A stretch of DNA of 63,958 bases, counting the filler, from Trypethelium eluteriae (Eukaryota): assembly GCA_051942245.1 (NCBI GenBank). It is 3 parts of 3 records of this genome, joined end to end, with 100 filler letters (N's around TTAATTAATTAA, not from the genome) between each part and the next. Parts side by side here need not be neighbours in the genome. Positions count along the whole stretch, not along the records: positions 22,697 to 45,291 come from JAVECL010000441.1; positions 45,392 to 63,958 come from JAVECL010000555.1; 1 more part is not named here. One strand, written 5' to 3'. A program made the position numbers and the translations under genes. Positions 38,201 to 51,529 of the stretch are shown piece by piece (position 1 is the stretch's first letter; every line of letters begins with the position of its first letter). Under the pieces are notes generated by a model that saw only the letters and a list, made by a program, of their open reading frames with translations, was not told the origin of the DNA and made no database searches.

Positions 38201-41200
38201 ACGAAGCTATCTCTGAACTGCATACTTTATTACACGAGAAAAACGTATTTTGTCGAAGGTTGATCGTTGACACTGCTTACCATTCACATCACATGAAACC
38301 TGTTTCGGACCAATATCTCAATGCTATTCGGGAGGTCGAAGCCAAGCCATCTTCTGTTGACTTTTACTCCACTGTAGCTGCAACTCGTCTGGACACATCA
38401 GCACTGTCACCGACATATTGGGTAGATAATATGTTGAGTCCGGTTCGATTTTCTGATGCACTGCGAGATCTGTGTCTCGGAGTCAAAGCATCGAAGAGGA
38501 GAGGCAAGCGGGGCTCGTCAGCTGTAGATATCGTGGTCGAGATTGGCCCTCACTCTGCACTTGCTGGGCCATTCAAGCAGATCGTTCAGTCCGAAACTCA
38601 ATTGGCGTCTTCCGTAACATATCTTCCGACACTTGTGCGAGAACGTGATGCGGTGGTGACCCTGCAAGCTCTCGCGAGTAGACTTTTCGAACGTGGGTCG
38701 CCTCTGAAAATGGCAGCAGTCAACTTGACTAACCGAACTCCGCAACCAAATGTACTGAAAGATCTTCCGCCTTACTCTTGGAACCATTCCACATCTTACT
38801 GGGCGGAGTCGCCGGAGAGCAGGCGGTACCGCCAGAGACCACACCCACGACATGACTTGCTCGGAGTACAGGTACGCCAGTCGAACTCACTAGAGCCTCA
38901 ATGGCGTAATTTAATCCGGCCTTCTGAGATTCCTTGGGTCCGTGACCACAGAGTAGAGGACAACATCGTATTTCCTGCAGCAGGCTTCCTCTGCGCGGCG
39001 ATAGAAGCCGCAAACCAGAAAGCAAAACTTACGAATGATTGCAATATCGAAAGCTTTCATTTACGAGAGGTATCTATTGGAGCAGCCCTCATGGTCCCGG
39101 AGAATGCCGATGAAACGGAGGTCTTCTTTTCTCTGAGACCTTATAATGAGAATTCGAGGGGCTCTTCGGATTCTTGGGAGGAATTCCGAGTTTTCTCTTC
39201 CTCCGTAGAGGGATCTTCGATTGAGCACTGTCGCGGGCTAATATCTCTTAGCAAAGCCAGTTCCGGCAAAAGTAGCAATGCTTCATTGTCTCTAGAGGAG
39301 GGCTACCTCCATCGCCGACATGACTCGGAGTCGACTTGCTCGAACTCCGTGGACGTGAAAGAAATGTATGATGGACTACAAAAGATCGGACTGGATTATG
39401 GTCCAATCTTTGCCCGCGTCCAAATAGCCAGATCTGGACCTGGAAAATCCTTTGCTATTGTCTCGATTCCCGACACTGCATCTGTAATGCCTGCACATTT
39501 CGAGCACCCCTTCATACTTCACCCGGCAACTCTAGATAGCTGCTTCCATGCTCTCTTCCCGGCCGTCACATCCCGATCCGGACCTCTGAAACAGCCAGTC
39601 CTCCCGACATTCATTGACAATATGTCAGTGTCAGCCAACATCGTCCAAACTCCAGGCCACGAATTGACTGTATGCTGCGAGAATAATGGCACCAGCTATC
39701 GGCAGACGTCTAGCTCAATTTTGGTCTTCGACGGAGAGTCTACCTCTCCCGCTATCGCAATTCACGGATTTGTCACCACCTCCTTATCCAAAGTAGGAGG
39801 ACCAGATCCTATTTCAAACCAAAAACGGCTTTGCTTTCAAACGGTATGGGAGGCCGACCCGGATCTTCTTTCCGCAGAGCAAGTGGTAGATATCTGCACA
39901 ACGTCTAAGCCACCTCCAGAGGAGTCAGAACACGCTAAGGCCCTTGAGCAAGCGGCATTCTACTATGTGGAGAATGTTCTCCAGCAACTTCCAACTGATG
40001 CTACTTCACGCATGCTGCCTCATCACCAGAAGCTTTACTCTGAGATTATCAAGTTTAGAGAGGCAGTGCACGCTGGTCGCTTGGACTATGACACAACTTC
40101 TTGGGTTTCTCTTGAGCAAGCCGAGCGAACCACCTTCTTGGAACGGGTAAAAACCTCTGGAGATGAGGGCAGACTTCTTGCACAAGTCGGGGAAAATCTT
40201 CGCCAAATCTTCATGCAAGAGGTCGATCCGCTTTCTGTAATGATGTCTGACGACAGGCTAGCAAGATACTACCGTAATAACGTAAGAATGGCCCGTCAGT
40301 ATGAGCAAGGTGCAAGCTACATCAACCTCCTTGCTCACAAGAATCCCCACTTGAAGATACTCGAGATTGGCGCCGGGACTGGAGGTGCCTCGTTCCCCGC
40401 GCTAATCGCTCTTGGTGGCTCTGATGGTAGCTTGGCGCGTTTCGTCTCCTACGATTTTACGGATATCTCTAGTGGATGGTTCGAAGAAGCGAAGGAGAAA
40501 GCGGCTCCGTGGGGTGATCTCGTCTCTTTCAAAAAGCTTGACATTGAGTCGGACCCCACTGAACAAGGCTTTGAGGCCGGTTCATATGATCTGATCATGG
40601 CTGCTAATGTGCTGCATGCCACCAAGTCTATGGAACGCACCTTGACGAACGTCCGGAAATTGTTGAAGAAAGGCGGGTCGCTGGTCTTGACTGAGTTGAC
40701 TCAAAAAAGAGCGAGCATGACTGTCCTCTTTGGTATCCTTCCCGGATGGTGGCTCGGTAAGTCTATATGCTAGATTTCAATATCAAGCCTTACTGATGAA
40801 TATTGCAGGTGAAGAAAAGCACCGTGAGACGAGCCCGCTTATGTCCGAGGACGAATGGAGCAGGGTTCTTCGCCAGACGGGATTCACGGGAGTTGATACT
40901 TCTATTTGGGATACGCCAGATCTATCAGCGCATCACGAGAGCGTCTTAATTTCACGAGCTCGGGTTGAAAAGGAGGCCCAAAGTCCTCCGCAGGTCGTGC
41001 TTGTCTCTGACGGTGAGGTGTCCTCTAATGCAGCACAACATCTTGCAAATGAGCTCAAGAAGCCTGTGGAAACCGTTTCGACCTCTAGGCTGGCGGAGCT
41101 GGATCCGAGCGGAAAGATCTGCGTCATCTTGAATGAGCTGGACAAGTCCGTCTTGAGGGATCCTAATTCTGACGAATTTGAGATGGTGAAGAAAGTATTC

Positions 41201-43844
41201 TCGGAGGCTGATGGAATCATCTGGGTTACCCGAAGAACTTCAGATCCGACCAGCATTCCTGACGCAAGTTTGGCTGTCGGTCTGGCCAGAACGGCGCGGA
41301 CTGAAATCGGCAATACTCTGATTGTGACTCTTGAAGTCGATGGCACGACTACTATCTCAATTCCGAGAGTCGTCGAGTTTGTCTCCAGCATTTTTGCAAA
41401 GAATTTCCTTGAGACGCGAGATCAGGCTACAACCGATGTCGAGTACGTCGAGAAAGACGGGCTACTGACGATTCCACGCGTGAGAGAAGATGTGAAGCTG
41501 AGCAGCTTCGCTGATTCTCGTTCTGGTACTCAAGTTCTTGAAGACCAACCTTTCTATCAGAGTGATCGTCCTCTCAGACTTGATATTGGGACGCCTGGCC
41601 TTCTCGATACTCTGCACTTCGTCGATGACGAGCGAACGACAGTCCCTCTGCCCGATGACGAAGTAGAAATCGAGGTGAAGGCGTCAGGCGTCAACTTCCG
41701 TGACGTGATGATGGCAATGGGCCAGATCGATGTCCAAGGTCTCGGCGGAGAATGCTGCGGAATTGTCTCTGCTGTCGGCAGTAAAGTCACGCGATTGAAA
41801 GTTGGAGACCGAGTCGTGGCCTTCGTGGACGGATCATTTGCGAATTATTGTCGATGGCCTGCGAAGGGAGTTGAAACCATACCAGACGACATGCCGTTCG
41901 AGATTGGCGCCACCCTTCCAATTGTCTATTGCACTGCCTTTCATTCCATCAAAGTAGCCAACCTCGTTGCTGGCGAATCAGTTCTCATTCACGCTGCTTC
42001 CGGGGGTTTGGGGCAAGCCCTGATCATGCTGTGCCAGAATATTGGAGCCGAGATCTTCACTACCGTCGGAACCGCGGAAAAACGAGCGTTCCTACAGAGC
42101 CAATTCGGCATACCAGATGATCACATCTTTTCCAGTCGTGACGAAAGCTTCGCCACCGATGTGATGCGCATGACGAAGCAGAAGGGTATCGATGTAATCT
42201 TTAACTCCGTCTCTGGCGACCTACTCCGGCGGACTTTTGAGTGCATCGCTTCATTTGGGAGATTCATAGAACTCGGCAAGAAAGACTTTGCCGTCAATTC
42301 TAGACTGGAAATGAAATCCTTTGCCAGGAATGTCACTTTCAGTGCCATCGATCTCGTTACTTTACTGGCAGGAAAGCCAGAGTATGGCAGCAAGATGTGG
42401 ACTGAGGTTATGGGCCTAGTGCGCTCCGGAGTTGTGAAGCCGCCGCAGCCCATTACAGTCTTTGGAATTTCAGAAGTAGAAAAAGCTCTAAGGACTATGC
42501 AGTCTGGGAAACACATCGGGAAACTAGTCATTGTCCCACAAGCAGAGGAAGTTGTCAAGGTATGTATATCCTACGCTCGAGAAGATTCTTCTCCGTCTGA
42601 TTTGTTTTACTCACAGGTGGTTCCTCGTTCTGCAAGCACCTCGTTATTGCAGTCTGATTCCTCCTATCTCCTCGTTGGAGGTCTCGGTGGTCTTGGAAGG
42701 GCAATAGCGCAGTGGATGATATACCATGGAGCGAGGTCTTTGATATTCCTTTCGCCATCGGGCTCGTCTAAGCCGGCGGCAAAGGATACCGTTCGAATTC
42801 TTGAAGACCAAGGCGTCAAGGTAACTGTATTTGCATGCGATGTTGGTGATATTGAAGCGTTCCAGAATGTAATGGAGGACTTGCAACATTTGCCTCCTGT
42901 TTGCGGAATTATCCAGATGGCGATGGTTATGAGGGTAATCTCATTTAATTCCCCTTCCAACCTTTGAGAAAGCTAATGCCTCGCAGAACTCCATGTTCAA
43001 AAACATGAGTCTTGAAGACTGGAATGATTCTCTCAAGCCCAAGGTGCAAGGGACGTGGAACCTCCATAATGCCTTCGCAAAAACGAAATTAGATTTCTTT
43101 CTCATGCTCTCCTCTGGTGTCGGTATTCTTGGCAATGCCAGTCAAGGTGGATATGGTGCAGCGTCAACATTCCTCGACTCTTTCGCCGAATATCGTCATA
43201 CTCTCGGTCTCACCGCAACAACGATCGATATTGGCATGGTTGCAGGTGTTGGGTATGTTGCGGAAAACGAGAAGGTACGCGTAAGCCTGGAGCGCCAGGG
43301 GTTCGATTCCATTCGCGAGGACGAATTGATGGCATTAATGGAAGCGGCTTTCCTCAATCTCGATCGGAGTCCAGCTTCGGGAAGTGTTATTACTGGACTT
43401 GGTGCTTGGCACGAAGGCGAGAGTCGTGCAGTCTTCTCCACTCCACGTTTCTCTCACTTCCGTCGGATGGCTCTTGGTGCGAGCTATAACGACATGTCAG
43501 GTGCGAATAGTGCTACCGGTGTAAGAGACGCCCTCCGGCAGGCAAAGTCCATGGATGATGCAACGACGATCGTGTGTGACGCGATAATGGCAAAGATGTC
43601 TTCCTTGCTTATGCTGCCACTTGAAGACATTGCTCCCACAAGATCGATGCAAGAATATGGTATGGATTCGCTTGTGGCCGTAGAGATGCGAAACTGGATC
43701 ACGAACAACCTTGGAGCAACTATTCCGGTCCTAGAAATGCTGGGAAACGCAAGTTTGAGAGCTTTATCGACTGGAATTGTGAAGAAATCTAGTATGGTGG
43801 ACGCTACATCTTTGGAAAAGGTAGAGCATGCAGAGCTGAATTGA
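35282..43844 (+). CDS. Highly reducing iterative type I polyketide synthase 2 (KS-AT-DH-cMT-ER-KR-ACP)
   Basis: [146 protein letters not shown]. No release domain. Confidence 0.96.
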
Positions 43845-44268
43845 AACCAAACCGGCGGTGCAAAGCTTGGTGAAGCATGTTATTCTGAAATAGACTAGCT
43901 AGAAAAGAGGTCATCTTCACTGATCGGGAAAGAAATGGAGTATTGTCGAACGTAGGGGTAGAATATTTAAGGCCGTGGGATTTGGAGATAATTTTCTAGA
44001 ATATTGTGATGTCGATTATTAGCAATTCATCCCTTCACCTTACAGTGCCCGTATGTCAACAAAGCCTTCACGCAAGTGACTGAGTTCGGCCTGGCTGCCA
44101 CCTCGAATATGGATGAGAATGCAGTAATCATGTCGAGATCGTCTTGTGAAGACTGGAGTCCAGAGAACCTCGGTCTTTAGCACCCCACCCCAATCTCACC
44201 TTTCATCCTGTTCGGTTTTCATCCCCATCGCGACATTACCATGGCCAGCACAGCGCAGTGTGCTTCAT

Positions 44269-45291
44269 ATGGCAACTCTGACGCCGACGTCTGCGGTCAG
44301 TCTTGTCCTTGGCAATGTTTTTTAGGAGGTACTGATGCAGACCAAAGCAAGCGATTGCGCGACTACGTTCCTATGTCCCTCCGCCGACGTCATGGCATGC
44401 GCTGCCTCTTTCGAGGCGAGCAGCTGTATTGATTCTCCTGTTTGCGGATCGCAAAGGTGATCTTCGAGTCGTCCTGACAATACGGTCAAGCACATTGAAA
44501 AATTGTATGTCCATTCTGTTAACGTACTCACACTGCTAGGGCTAACTGCATTCCAGATGCCGGACAAGCAGCGCTGCCTGGAGGTATGACTAGGAAATAT
44601 TTGAATAGCTAGAACGATTCGAAGCCAAGACTGATGCGCAAATTTGTATAGGCAAAACCGACTCTAGCCAGGAAACACCCTTCCAAACCGCCCGCCGCGA
44701 GGCATATGAAGAAATTGGGCTCCCCCTCACCGATACGAAACTGCCTCCCCCGTTCGCTGTCGAACATCTTACCGAATTCCCTTGCCAACTCGCCATGACC
44801 AATCTCGGTGTGCGCTCCTGCGTCGCCTTCCTCTCGCCCTCATCCTCGCGCGCAACCAGCTCCTCATCAAACAACACCACCACCTCCACCGCCTCATCTC
44901 CAAGCCTCTCCCGTAGTCCCAACCTCTCAAACCCCACGACCCCGAACGCCTCTTCTCAACCCCCCTCGTCCTCCTCCTCCAGCAGTCCCATCCTCGACGT
45001 CGAAACGGCTCTGATCCCGCGGCTCGACGCCAAAGAAGTTGCCGCCGTCTTCACCGCTCCCTTCCACCACTTCCTGAAGCTGACGGATGAGGAGGGCTCG
45101 CGGGACTGGTATCGAGGCCAGTGGCAGGAGTTCCACTCCACGCGCTGGAAGATGCATAATTTCTATGTGCCGATCACGCGGCGGAGTGTCGCGGTCGCGA
45201 GGATGGAGGTGGAGACGGTGGATGAGAAAGAGCGGAGAAGCTCGGGTGGGGGAGAGAGGAAGGGTGAGGGAGGCAGGGAGAAGGATGGGAG
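44269..45291 (+). CDS. Nudix CoA diphosphatase (PCD1-like), 3' end lost in gap
   Basis: Spliced MATLTPTSA|QAIARL..RRAAVLILLFADRKGDLRVVLTIRS..AALPGG|KTD..TARREAYEEIGL (Nudix box), then EVAAVFTAPF. Confidence 0.88.
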
Positions 45292-45391
45292 NNNNNNNNN
45301 NNNNNNNNNNNNNNNNNNNNNNNNNNNNNNNNNNNTTAATTAATTAANNNNNNNNNNNNNNNNNNNNNNNNNNNNNNNNNNNNNNNNNNNN
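45292..45391. other. Artificial assembly spacer (N44-TTAATTAATTAA-N44)
   Basis: Same 100-bp construct as at 22597; truncates genes on both sides. Confidence 0.97.
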
Positions 45392-46005
45392 CGGGAGAAG
45401 GGTCAGACGTACACTGGGGAGATTGCGCGATTGGAAGATTAGAGCAGCGCGAAGGTAGAGGAAATAGCCCAGACAGGTCATAGCAGCGACGGCGTAGAAG
45501 AGAAAACGGATGAAATGCGGAAAGACACGATGAGAGACACAGTTCAGAGTCCAGGGACAATGATGATCCATTTTGAGAATGCACCTACCGTTTTGCAGTT
45601 AACTTACAAACTCAATTCTCTATTGTATGCGGTTCTTCGTGCTCACCTCTGGCAGAGCCGACAGTGGTGAGCCCGCGGTGGCTTGGGTGCCTCACATTTA
45701 CGGCACCAGCGCTGTGGTATTGACTTTGGCGTCTCTCTGGTGGATTCATGTTTATTGTCATCCGCTTGTTTAGAGGTTTTCACCCTTGGCTGCCATCCCT
45801 CTGGTACACGACCCGGATCAGTCCGGCATGCTCGCATATAGCAGATGAGCAAACAGCCTACAAGGGCATTGAATATCAGGCTTTGTCGGCGGTCAAGTGG
45901 ACCTGGCTCAAGCTGGAGGAATAACAGCTGTGAACTATATGCCAGAAACGCAATGAGTGATAGGACTGCTGGGACTGCGAGCTTCCGCAAAATTGTCCCA
46001 TCCAT
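45392..46005 (-). CDS. PFA4: DHHC palmitoyltransferase (Pfa4-like), 3' part lost in gap
   Basis: LIAFLAYSSQ, TDPGRVP, WCRKCEAPKPPRAHHCRLCQR|CILKMDHHCPWTLNCV, FPHFIRFL. Confidence 0.85.
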
Positions 46006-46970
46006 AATATCGGTAGTGTCTTGCGCTGAGGGATCTCATACGTCGACCGTGACGACTGATCTCTGAATAGGTACCTTAGGTATTATGCTGCTGCTGTGCG
46101 CGGGCAGGTAGCAGTGTCTCTATGTAGTACGGGGTGACGGAAGGATGTCCGGCGTAGCTAGAGAGCTAGAGATGAAGTCGGCCCCTTCCCGGTCTATCGC
46201 TTCTCGATTGGGCAACTTCCCTGCTGTGCCTGCTCAATGGGATGAGGTACTTTTGTTCGGTGATAGGCCACTCTCTGTTGCGCTCCTTTCCAGCTGCAAA
46301 CATGTATCCGAACACTGTTCCGGATGTTCCAAGGGAACCAGCTCTCCGGTCAAACTTTAGTAAGGATGAAGCAGCTAAGAGGAGGACGGGCAACTTGAGC
46401 TGGGCTCAACGGTGCCGCTAACGACGGCCAGACGCACGAGGGAGAGTCCAGGTCTTGCCGATCGCCAAAGTCTGTTTGGGTTTGGAAGGCCTCGACACCT
46501 CGACGTCACTGCCTGTTTCAATCACCATGCCCGAGCTTCGGTGCTTCGATGCAAGAGCACTTTACAACCTCACTTTACTCTCGTCTGCAACATCTAGGTA
46601 GTCATATGACATTACCGCATTCTTCCTTTTCTTTTTGAAAATCACGAAACCAACATTTAATGCTGATTACCACCGGTGCTCACTAATCCGTCGTATCGCC
46701 CGCCTTTGATTCTAGAACCTTGGCTTTCGAAACTGACCTCCCGTCGTCCCAATTTGCAGCCTGCATCGGTCTTGCACCTCCTCGCGGAGCTGCTTTCACA
46801 TCGTTGCATTGACAAACTACGGATTCAGCTAGAGAGTCTCGTTCGAGGAAAGGATTTGTCCGTTCCACAAACGACGCCGGGTCGGATGAAGGAGCAAAAA
46901 GTACCTTCTTCCAGTTTTAGATCTGGATGGTTAGGGAAGTGGTGGTCGGAGGGGGAAAATCTTATCCGCA

Positions 46971-49900
46971 ATGGTTAGGAATAGTGTTCTCTCCATGGGA
47001 ATATCTCGCGATGACGGCGACGCTTTTTCGCAGAGCCACGCTTCCAAGGATCCCATGGTCAGCCATGTTAAGAACGAAGCCGCTCCGGGATACTTTGACA
47101 TGGACCAGCATAGTCCTAAGAAAGCATCTCCCACGTCTCTGCGAAGCAATCCATTATCGATACGTATCCCACCAAGTCCCTCGCTGGACTCACTAGGATT
47201 TACATCGCTTCAGTATCTACCCATGCCGCTTGTGATTTTATCCTCTACGAAGACCGTAGTACTAGCCAATGAGGCCATGGGCAGGTTGCTAGGTATTGAC
47301 CTCTTAGCGATGTCAGAGGAAACAGAATCTCGATCTGAGGGTGCTTTATCCGTAACGGACGTGTTACATGGTCTTACATTAGGCCAATTGGGAATCGACA
47401 TGCTTCAAAATGGTAGTCCGATTTGGGTTGCTTGGGACGTGAGTTCTACCAATGAGATCAGCCCCATCGCTGTCGCTGATTAGACGAAACCAGCAATTTC
47501 TTGATACCATTAGCGATCAAGCTTCTCGAACATCTGGTGCGAGATCTGAGAGAACAGCCGACGGGGTTGAGTTCGTGGATAGCAATGCGTCCACGCCTAC
47601 AAACGAGAACAAAGCAGACAGTCGGCATAGACCTAGTCAGAGCACTGGATCGGAACCCCATTTGACAGGAACCTATTTACCTTCCACAACGGTTCATGAT
47701 GTAGCCGTAGACGTGATTCTCTCCCCGGAGCGGGATGTAGTATCAAGGCTGCCTAAGAAAAGTGGGAAGAATATAGGTTCCGAGACGCAGATGCAGGCCA
47801 CCATGATCATCACAGTTTGGAATACCGATAAAGAGCAGTATTTCACTCTGACGTTTACTAGTGTAAACAATAGCGCTGTAGACAAATCTCGGCCATCCAC
47901 ACGGAGAGTACATCGGGTGCCCACTGACTTGAGCAAGTCGCCAAGCTCTACATCCAGCTCCACGTCGTCAGGTAGATCGTCCACTAGAAGTCCTAATCCA
48001 GGACCGCCATCCGCTAATAAGCCTCAATTCCCTCCGTCTGGACCTCCCTCGCGATCAGGTGTCGCTTCATCTCCCTCCGTCTTGCAAAAAGCTACTCGCT
48101 TGAAGGATGCTATTCTGAACTCAATCAGGATGCCCGCATATGCTATGTGGAAAGATGAGAGCCTAGGAATTCCGAACAAGGCCCTTCTGGAGCTGCAGTC
48201 TGGCGCAGCCGAATCGGATACTAATAATACCAGCGATCAGCGAGAATTTCTCTCTCGCTTTCAAATATGGACCGAAGATTTCGCAAGAGAGCTCTCATTA
48301 GATGAATTTCCTATACTGCAGCTTTGCCGAAACCAAAAGCGGTTCGAGGGCATGAGGATCGGCATGAAAAATCCAGTCACCGGTGTCAGACTCGTGTTCG
48401 ATTGCAATGGAGAAACTATATCCGATGATAGAACTGGGGAATTCCTGGGCGGAATTGTTTTATTCAAGGATGTGACCGAATATACAAAGCGCATCGCTGC
48501 TCAAATTCAAGAAAATGAGCGCCAATTTGAGTATATTGCAAATATGATCCCGCCAATGATCTGGACGACCACCCCAGAAGGCCACCATGACTGGTATTCA
48601 AAGCGTTGGTACGACTACACTGGTCTTACCATGGAGGAATCTTTCGGAGAAGGCTGGAGAGGGGCCTTCCATCCGGAGGACATGCCAGCGACTACAGCTC
48701 GATGGCTTCATTCTCTAGCTACGGGCGAAGAATACATGACCGAGTATCGATGTCGGCGTTACGACGGGGAATGGCGATGGATGTTGGGTCGAGCATTACC
48801 TTTCCGTGAAGAGGACGGAACGATTGTGAAATGGTTTGGCACCTGCACCGATATTCATGATCTCGTCGAAGCCCGTGAGGCAGCCAAACAGTTGCGCGAG
48901 CAACTTTTGAGGGTCATCGAGCACGCCAAAGTCACAATGTGGGCTATTGACCGTGAGCGAAATCTCACGCTACTGGAAGGCAGTATGAAGTGGCACGGGA
49001 AGTGGGCGTCAGTTCTCGCTCAATCAAATGTCAACACCTCATCCAAGAATCAACTAGGCCTCGGCAAGAATGTGTACGACACATTTAGTGAGAAGTTTGA
49101 GACGGAAGAGGACCCCTGGTTCAAGGAACCCGTCGAACAAATCCTGGCAGGCCGAGCTTTAGACGAGACTAAAGAGGTTCATCTTGAGGATACAGACCGT
49201 TGGCTTCGTGCTCGCTTTGTCCCACTCATTCGTAATGAAAGAAAAGCGGGCATAGAAGGAGATAGCTTTGTTGACGGTGTCATTGGCGTTGCCATGGATG
49301 TTAGCGAACTTCGTAAGCGTGAACAGGACCTTGGGAAGCAGGAGCAGGAGAACGCGGCTTTACTTGCTAACGCTGCCGCGGCCAAGGAGGCCAGCCGCAT
49401 GAAGAGCCAATTTCTAGCAAATGTTCGTGCTCCACAGAGAAGCCCAGTTGCAATCGCCTCATCAAAGTTAACAATCATATAGATGTCCCATGAGATCCGC
49501 ACACCCATAGCTGGCGTTATCGGAATGAGCGAACTTCTGCTAGACACCAGACTGGACGAAGAACAACAAGAGTGCGCGGAGAACATTCAGAGATCTGCAA
49601 ACGGGCTGCTCACTGTGATCAATGATATCCTCGACTTTTCCAAAGTTGAGTCCGGCCGACTTGATATCGAGGAGGTTCAGTTCAGTCTATCAATCGTGCT
49701 CCGCGACGTTAGCAAGATGATGTCATTCGCAGCAGAGCGGAAAGGTCTTGACTACAAGAGCGACATCTGCGCTAACATTGCACGAGACCTGAGAGTCATG
49801 GGTGATCCAGGCAGATTACGACAGATTCTCACAAACCTTCTCACCAATAGCATCAAGTTTACTTCTGATGGACACGTCAAGTTATCGGTCTCAGTAGACA

Positions 49901-51529
49901 ATGAGACGGATGACAGAATAGCGGTGCGGTTCATGGTAGAAGACACTGGTATTGGAATTGAAGAAGAGGTCAGGCGTAGATTGTTTAAGCCATTCTCTCA
50001 AGCTGATTCCTCCACTGCTCGACGCTTTGGCGGCACCGGGCTTGGCTTGACAATTTGCAAAAATGTAAGACATCTGAAGCTATTGTCAATCAATCGGACG
50101 TTAATCAAATTAGCTGGTCGAATTGATGCACGGCAACATCTCACTAGAGTCCGCTCTTGGAGCAGGTACCAAGGCCAGCTTCTGGATTCCCTTCCATAAA
50201 GCTCCATATGACGACGATCAGCCCCCATTGATTTCCCTCGGATCGATACCCGACCGCCTCCAATCAGATGTGAGCATCTCGTGTGACAGTTCAACAGACC
50301 ACACGCCGCCTGTGACCCCTATACTATCAAAGAAGGAAACTAGTCACGCAAGGTCCGAGTCCATGAATCCCGCTCCCGGTACGCCAATCGCAGAGCGAGC
50401 GCATCCGCTACAGGTAGAACGCAAAGACATCAATGTCCTAATTGTGGAAGATAATGCTGTCAACCAACAGATAGCTTTGAAGCTAATTAAGAAACTCGGA
50501 TTTGGAGTGAATGCTGTTTGGAATGGACAGGAAGCGCTACAATACTTGGAAAAGGATGCCTCAGAGGACCGACCCGATCCAGACATTATTTTGATGGATG
50601 TTCAGATGCCCATACTCGATGGCTATGGAGCAACTAAAATTTTACGAAGTCAAGAACCGTACAGGAGCAAGCCCAGCCTCCGCGGCCTACCCATCGTTGC
50701 CATGACGGCATCTGCAATACAAGGCGATCGGGAGAAATGCCAGAAGGCCGGGATGGATGACTATTTAGCCAAGCCGGTCACAAGCAAAGTATTGGAGAAA
50801 ATGCTAATGAAATGGGCCATTGAGGTGGAACAAAAGCGACGGCGAGGCGGCAAGTACTCAATTGCGACTCGACCTCAGCCCAAGCGAGCTATCTCGGATA
50901 CGACCATATCATCCAGCGAAGCAGAACACCGGAATGAATCACCCTCATTGCAGAATCAATCAGGTATCTCTACAGGCAGTGCAAAATCAGTAAAGAAGGC
51001 TACCGAGGATGTCGACACGCGTCTCCACCGCATCGATTTCGACACCAAGAATACGCTTGCGACATCTACCTCTGACGAAGCCTCTCGATCTTTCCAACGT
51101 CAAAGGGCCGAGGAGCAAGCCGCCAGTTCTCGAGACGATAAACTCCTCCAAAGCAGCGAGAACCCTCGACTGGCTCATCGCAACAGCGGATTGCCCCCAC
51201 GCGAGGAACAGAAGACCATGCGACTCGACGGCGCAAAACCACGTCTCGCACTTACCCAGGAGAATGTCGAGCGATTGACTCAGAAGCATGAGCAGAGTGA
51301 CAAGAACGATTTGCCGGATGACACGCAGAGACAGGATAGTACTAGCAGTGTGGAGGTAGGCGGAGGGCGAGGAGCCAGCCATGTAAGCCCATCCAATCCT
51401 CGGAGAAGAGAAAAACGCCCGACAACACCGTCTGGACGTAATCGGGACGGAGGACACAAGACGGCGCCGAGGCCGGCACTAGAGGGGCAGAGGATTGATA
51501 GCGAGGTAACGGTTAGGAAAAGTGAATGA
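46971..51529 (+). CDS. Hybrid sensor histidine kinase (PAS/PAC-HisKA-HATPase-REC)
   Basis: PAS motifs (MIWTTTPEG..WYDYTG, FHPED, EYRCRRYDGEWRW), FLAN|MSHEIRTP, INDILDFSK, RLRQILTNLLTNSIKFT, DTGIGI, GGTGLGL, receiver VEDNAVN / ILMDVQMP / YLAKP. Confidence 0.94.
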
